47,358 bases of DNA, from contig NC_057718.1 in the NCBI RefSeq assembly GCF_004010195.1, forward strand, positions 57,753,615 through 57,800,972. The letters are read 5' to 3'. This DNA comes from Chiloscyllium plagiosum. Taxonomy: Eukaryota. Below are positions 45,408 through 47,358 of the stretch, in pieces. How positions within the stretch are numbered: the stretch's first letter is position 1; each line of letters starts with the position of its first letter. The notes under the pieces were generated by a model, which saw only the letters and a program-made list of their open reading frames with translations, searched no databases and was not told the DNA's origin. Position numbers and translations under genes: made by a program.

Positions 45408-46920
45408 GATGTCTTGAAATGGTTAAAGGTGGATAAATCCCCAGGACCTGATCAGGTGTACCCGAGAACTCTATGGAAAGCTAGAGAATTGATTGCTGGG
45501 CCTCTTGCTGAGATATTTGTATCATCGATAGTCACAGGTGAGGTGCCGGAAGACTGGAAGTTGGCAAACGTGGTGCCACTGTTTAAGAAGGGCGGTAAAG
45601 ACAAGCCAGGGAACTATAGACCAGTGAGCCTGACCTCGGTGGTGGGCAAGTTGTTGGAGGGAATCCTGAGGGACAGGATGTACATGTATTTGGAAAGGCA
45701 AGGACTGATTCGAGATAGTCAACATGGCTTTGTGCTTGGGAACTCATGCCTCACAAACTTGATTGAGTTTTTTGAAGAAGTAACAAAGAAGATTGATGAG
45801 GGCAGAGCAGTAGATGTGACCTATATGGACTTCAGTAAGGCNNNNNNNNNNNNNNNNNNNNNNNNNNNNNNNNNNNNNNNNNNNNNNNNNNNNNNNNNNN
45901 NNNNNNNNNNNNNNNNNNNNNNNNNNNNNNNNNNNNNNNNNNNNNNNNNNNNNNNNNNNNNNNNNNNNNNNNNNNNNNNNNNCAGTTAGTAAGTTTGCAG
46001 ATGACACCAAAATTGGAGGTGTAGTGGACAGCAAAGAGGGTTACCTCAGATTACAACAGGATCTAAACCAGACGGGCCAAAGGGCTGAGAAGTGGCAGAT
46101 GGAGTTTAATTCAGATAAATACGAGGTGCTGCATTTTAGGAAAGCAAATCTTAGTAGGACTTATACACTTAATGGTAAGGTCCTCAGGAGTGTTGCTGAA
46201 AAAAGAGACCTTGGAGTGCAGGTTCATAGCTCCTTGAAAGTAGAGTCGCAGGTAGATAGGATAGTGAAGGTGGCATTTGGTATGCTTTCTTTTATTGGTC
46301 AGAGTATTGAGTACAGGAGTTGGGAGGTCATGTTGCGACTGTACAGGACATTGGTTAGGCCACGGTTGGAATATTGCATGCAATTCTGGTTTCCTTCCTA
46401 TCGGAAAGATGTTGTGAAACTTGAAAGGGTTCAGAAAAGATTTACAAAGATGTTGCCAAGGTTGGAGGATTTGCGCTACAGGGAGAGGCTGAACAGTATG
46501 GGGCTGTTTTCCCTGGAGCGTCGGAGGCTGAGGGGTGACCTTATAGAGGTTTACAAAATTATAAGGGACATGGATAGGATAAATAGACAAAGTCTTTTCC
46601 CTGGGGCCAGGGAGTCCAGAACTAGAGGGCATAGGTTTAGGGTGAGAGGGGAAAGATATGAAAGAGACCTAAGGGGCAACTTTTTCAGGCAGAGGGTGGT
46701 ACGTGTATGGAATGAGCTGCCAGAGGATGTGGTGGAGTCTGTTACAATTGTAACATTTAAGAGGCGTTTGGATAGGTATATGAATAGGAAGGATTTGGAG
46801 GGATATGGGCCGGATGCTGGCAGGTGGGATTAGATTGGGTTGGGATATCCGGTCGGCATGGACGGGTTGGACTGAAGGGTCTGTTTCCATGCTGTACATC
46901 TCTAGGCTCTATGACTCTAT
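45408..46920 (+). mobile_element. Young CR1 (HER1-like) LINE, 5'-truncated, with open ORF2 on both sides of an N gap
   Basis: KVDKSPGPDQVYPRTL...QHGF...YMDFSK, gap, KFADDTK...RRLRGDLIEVYKI...WNELP...GRWD* (stop at 46833). No stops in the sequenced portion; (CTATGACT) tail. Confidence 0.95.
45842..45982. other. Assembly gap (141 N)
   Basis: Run of N characters. Confidence 0.99.
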
Positions 46921-47249
46921 ATTTCATGACCCCTTTTAGCCCTCTTAATTCCTAATTTCAGATTGGTCCTACTTTCTTGGTATTCTTCCAAAGCCTTATC
47001 AGTTTTCAATCACCTAGACTTTATTTATGCTTCTTCTTTCCTCTCAGCTAGTCTCACAATTTCACCTGTCATCCATGGTTCCCTAATCTTGCTATTTCTA
47101 GCCCTCATTTCCACAGGGACATGTCTGTCCTGCACTTTAATAAACCTCTCTTTAAAAGCCTCCCACATATCAAATGTGGATTTACCTTCAAACAGCTGCT
47201 CCCAATCCACATTTCCCATTTGTTTGGTATGGTTGGCCTTCTCCCAATT

Positions 47250-47358
47250 TAGAACATAGAACATAGAAGAATACAGCGCAGTACAGGCCCTTCGGCCCTC
47301 GATGTTGCGCCGATCCAAGCCCACCTAACCTACACTAGCCCACTATCCTCCATATACC
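47250..47358 (-). mobile_element. 3' end of another CR1 LINE, running out of the window
   Basis: (TAGAACA)n tail, then TACAGCGCAGTACAGGCCCTTCGGCCCTCGATG. Confidence 0.8.

Larger units (their letters stand above)
43342..47250 (-). mobile_element. CR1 LINE ORF2 (linker, RT, C-terminus, 3' UTR) hosting the palindromic hammerhead element and a young CR1
   Basis: Colinear ORF2 pieces 47025-47250, 45141-45344, 44448-44723, 44001-44210, 43638-44000 and 43427-43621. (GAACAAA)n tail at 43342-43361 on plus. Confidence 0.92.

Noticed and set aside
1..47358. Prokaryotic-type systems (CRISPR array, retron, operon) suggested by RT motifs and hairpins
   Set aside because: There is no repeat-spacer array or gene-dense organisation, and all RT motifs belong to eukaryotic retroelements.

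Overview
Non-coding, repeat-dense vertebrate DNA, almost certainly from a cartilaginous fish (shark). The evidence is several HE1-type tRNA-derived SINEs plus abundant CR1 (HER1-like) LINE fragments sharing their 3' tail. No intact host protein-coding gene is recognisable, and nearly all listed ORFs are pieces or antisense frames of retroelements. Contents: old and young CR1 LINEs, often nested; a second CR1/L2-group LINE with its partner SINE; L2-like and Rex1/Babar-like 3' ends; a non-autonomous family with a Rex1-type tail; a Penelope-like GIY-YIG fragment and several Penelope-derived short elements with hammerhead-ribozyme cores; a decayed Gypsy-like LTR element; a fossil Harbinger transposase with Myb/SANT partner remnants; two TA-flanked Tc1/mariner-type MITEs; and a 141-N assembly gap. 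Two repeat-poor islands (about 11.3-14.0 kb and 22.1-27.05 kb) hold candidate regulatory elements and a possible minus-strand promoter/exon. I see no convincing wholly new biological system. The most notable items are a TSD-flanked palindromic hammerhead element (44762-44966), a fold-back CR1 micro-insertion (27433-27561), the Rex1-tailed bipartite family and a nuclear-receptor/Meis/E-box motif cluster. Family names come from recalled consensus motifs, not database searches, and the boundaries of old elements are approximate.
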